DNA of 54,151 nt, filler included, from Sphacelaria rigidula (Eukaryota), in NCBI GenBank assembly GCA_964200075.2. It is 4 parts of 4 records of this genome, joined end to end, with 100 filler letters (N's around TTAATTAATTAA, not from the genome) between each part and the next. Parts side by side here need not be neighbours in the genome. Positions count along the whole stretch, not along the records: positions 40,690 to 54,151 come from CAXNAA020002871.1; 3 more parts are not named here. One strand, written 5' to 3'. Shown here one piece after another: positions 51,901 to 54,151 of this stretch (position 1 is the first letter of the stretch; every line of letters begins with the position of its first letter). The notes below the pieces were generated by a model, which saw only the letters and a program-made list of their open reading frames with translations, did no database searches and was not told where the DNA came from. The translations under genes and the position numbers were made by a program.

Positions 51901-54151
51901 TTTTATCGACCCCGCCTACAATAGCCTCTACCTACATTGTGCGTTTAATTGATGGCCCTGGGTCGGTATAACTGGAGCTTCACGCTAGTCAGTATAGCTC
52001 TATCTCAAATGTGTCACGTGGATCCTGGTGCCTACAGCGACTCAAGTCTGCCGAGCTCCGCCGCCGGGTTTAGCTTCACGTCGATCGCGCCCTCGATGTC
52101 AAAACCCACCTTTGATTCGTATGTAATTAGCTGTCCTGTTGCTGTACGCTCCATTCTATTTCCCCCTCCGGAATACCAATTTCACCATACATTTCAACCG
52201 GGGCGTCGGTGACTGAAGATTGATTGACCTACACCTTGTGGATTTTGATCAGGGCCTGGAGCCTTCAACGGTTTTCGTCGATCTTGAAAGGGAGACTTTC
52301 CGAGTCACTTCTGGGACTTGGCCGTCACACCATTGCACTTCGGATTTTCGAAGACACATGAAGTAGTAACCATGATTTCTATATTCTTGCCTCTGGGCTA
52401 TCCTACTTGTGGTTTACGCTTATCGAGCTTGATGGACGTTCGGGTGAGTATAGTTCTATCGTCTGGCGTGCGTATTCCCACGCGCAAGGGTGAAGCTGAT
52501 GCTCATGATAGTTCCTCGGTGTCAACCTTGTGCTCCAGTGATCTGCGAAATTTGATTTTCAGCGGGGTTAATATTCATTTCTTCTACTGTGGTGTAGATT
52601 TTCAGTTACCGAGTTGAGGCGATCCCGGTGGGACGTATAAGGGACGGGCTTCGTTCCAGGGGATTTTGCTCGCCTCATACGTTTCCGGTCGTAAATATTG
52701 AAGAGCGCCCTGATTTTAGTTGTATCTTCGGAATCTAGGTGGCGCGCTTCTATTGCACCAAAGTCACTTCGATACAACTGTAATAAAGGCTCGTCGGGAT
52801 CGGCTGGTGTCATAGGCTAGGCTTCTACTTGTTGGCAAATGGATTTATGAGACATTCACTTATCCTTCGTAGATCCACAACTCCTAGCCTTCACGTAGTG
52901 TTACCTCATTGTAGTTCATGATGCGGCATTCCCCCAAGACGCAACATTTGCACCCCCTTCTACTCATTTTTAAGCTCCTCGAGTGCATCATCGACCAAGA
53001 TAAATAGAATCTTCTTACAACGAACAACGTGAGTCTATTCTTGTCTGACCAACGGGTACATAGTCACCTACCGCGCAAACATTCTCTTTCAAGGCCACGT
53101 GTTTTTGTACCCTACTCACAACGGTGCACCAACTGTCTTTCAAGGACGTGGGCATGCACTCAGTATCTGACCCATCGAGACACGCAGTACACATATACAT
53201 GCCATACATGTCATTCTGAGTATGTGACCTGCATCTAAGCAGTCATGTTCTACAGGTACGTATGTGGACATGTACATAACAATGAACGCCAACGTGTATT
53301 TTGTTCCATATACGTTTGTTCGCAGAAACCTTTAAATGATGACGGAATTTGCAACTGCATAATTTATGTCGTGCGGCTGGAGTACAATACTACGATCAAA
53401 ATCAACCGCGGGATACACAAGGATATAACTCCAGTTCACACCGAACTCAAGGCACGCGTTCCAACTTCTGCAGCGCGTGCATACATCGTTTTCAAAATCG
53501 CTTCGTGCAACTTCGGCCGGCCTGAGCGTGATTTCAAATCACAAGCGCGTCTCCCCCCAGACGCTGCCGACCGTTTCCGCTTCCCCTCTCTCCAGATTAC
53601 AAAAAAATAAAGCCCACGAGGCGTTCCCTTCTTTCCCAACAAACACGTTTGTTTTCAATGTTTCCAACTTTTTTATTAACTACTCTCGACCCCAGCCCGT
53701 CGCAACAGCCCGTACGATAACATGGTAATCAAAAAAAGGGAAAGACTGGGGAAAATACAGGTGCTATCGCTCTAAAGGCAAGTCCGCTAAATAGTGAAGA
53801 GGCGGGGCTGAGTGGCCGCAGGGTTGCCGGGGCTGGTGCTGCGAGGGCCGGCGACGCTGCCTGCATTGAAGAGCCCCAAACTTTTTGACCTGTCGTGGGC
53901 CGTCCTTAAGGCGATTGCCTGCCACATTGTACCAGGCACAGCAATATTTCACCACCAACAATGGGGGTACAATGTCAGCGATCGAGATGACGACGCGGCT
54001 CTATTTCCAGGGAAATTCACGACTTCCTGGCAATGAAGTGCGGTTCAACGAGTTCCAAATGCGAGTCCTACCACGGTGGGGGGGGGGGGGGGGGTTGTTT
54101 GGTTTTGTGCGGCAATCGACCAGCCGCCTGGCACCGCAGTCCACCTCACGC

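Overview
Eukaryotic, repeat-rich genomic DNA, most likely a brown alga or related stramenopile (inferred from intron structure, tRNA-headed SINEs and the retroelement fragments). The window is not contiguous. It is four unrelated contigs (1-13464, 13565-27027, 27128-40589, 40690-54151; 13464, 13463, 13462 and 13462 bp) joined by identical 100-bp N44-TTAATTAATTAA-N44 linkers, as expected for size-sorted unplaced contigs. Two host genes can be reconstructed by splicing. (1) An apparently complete 3-exon gene (42664-46221, +, about 896 aa) with an N-terminal hydrophobic segment, 17 tandem Cys-paired 'LCxGAxSxAPAxC' repeats, an Ig-like beta-sandwich segment and a C-terminal HPD J-domain; this is the most unusual item. 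(2) Three exons of a partial gene (14110-22392, +) encoding a LOTUS/OST-HTH-like winged-helix motif plus Gly/Gln-rich tracts, whose 6.9-kb intron holds a nested foldback-like DNA element. Most of the remaining interpretable sequence is transposon material: SINEs, RTE-like and other LINE relics, a decayed Gypsy integrase, piggyBac-, Harbinger-, Tc1/mariner- and P-like non-autonomous elements, and a possible decayed KDZ/CxC transposase gene. Several stretches could not be assigned.
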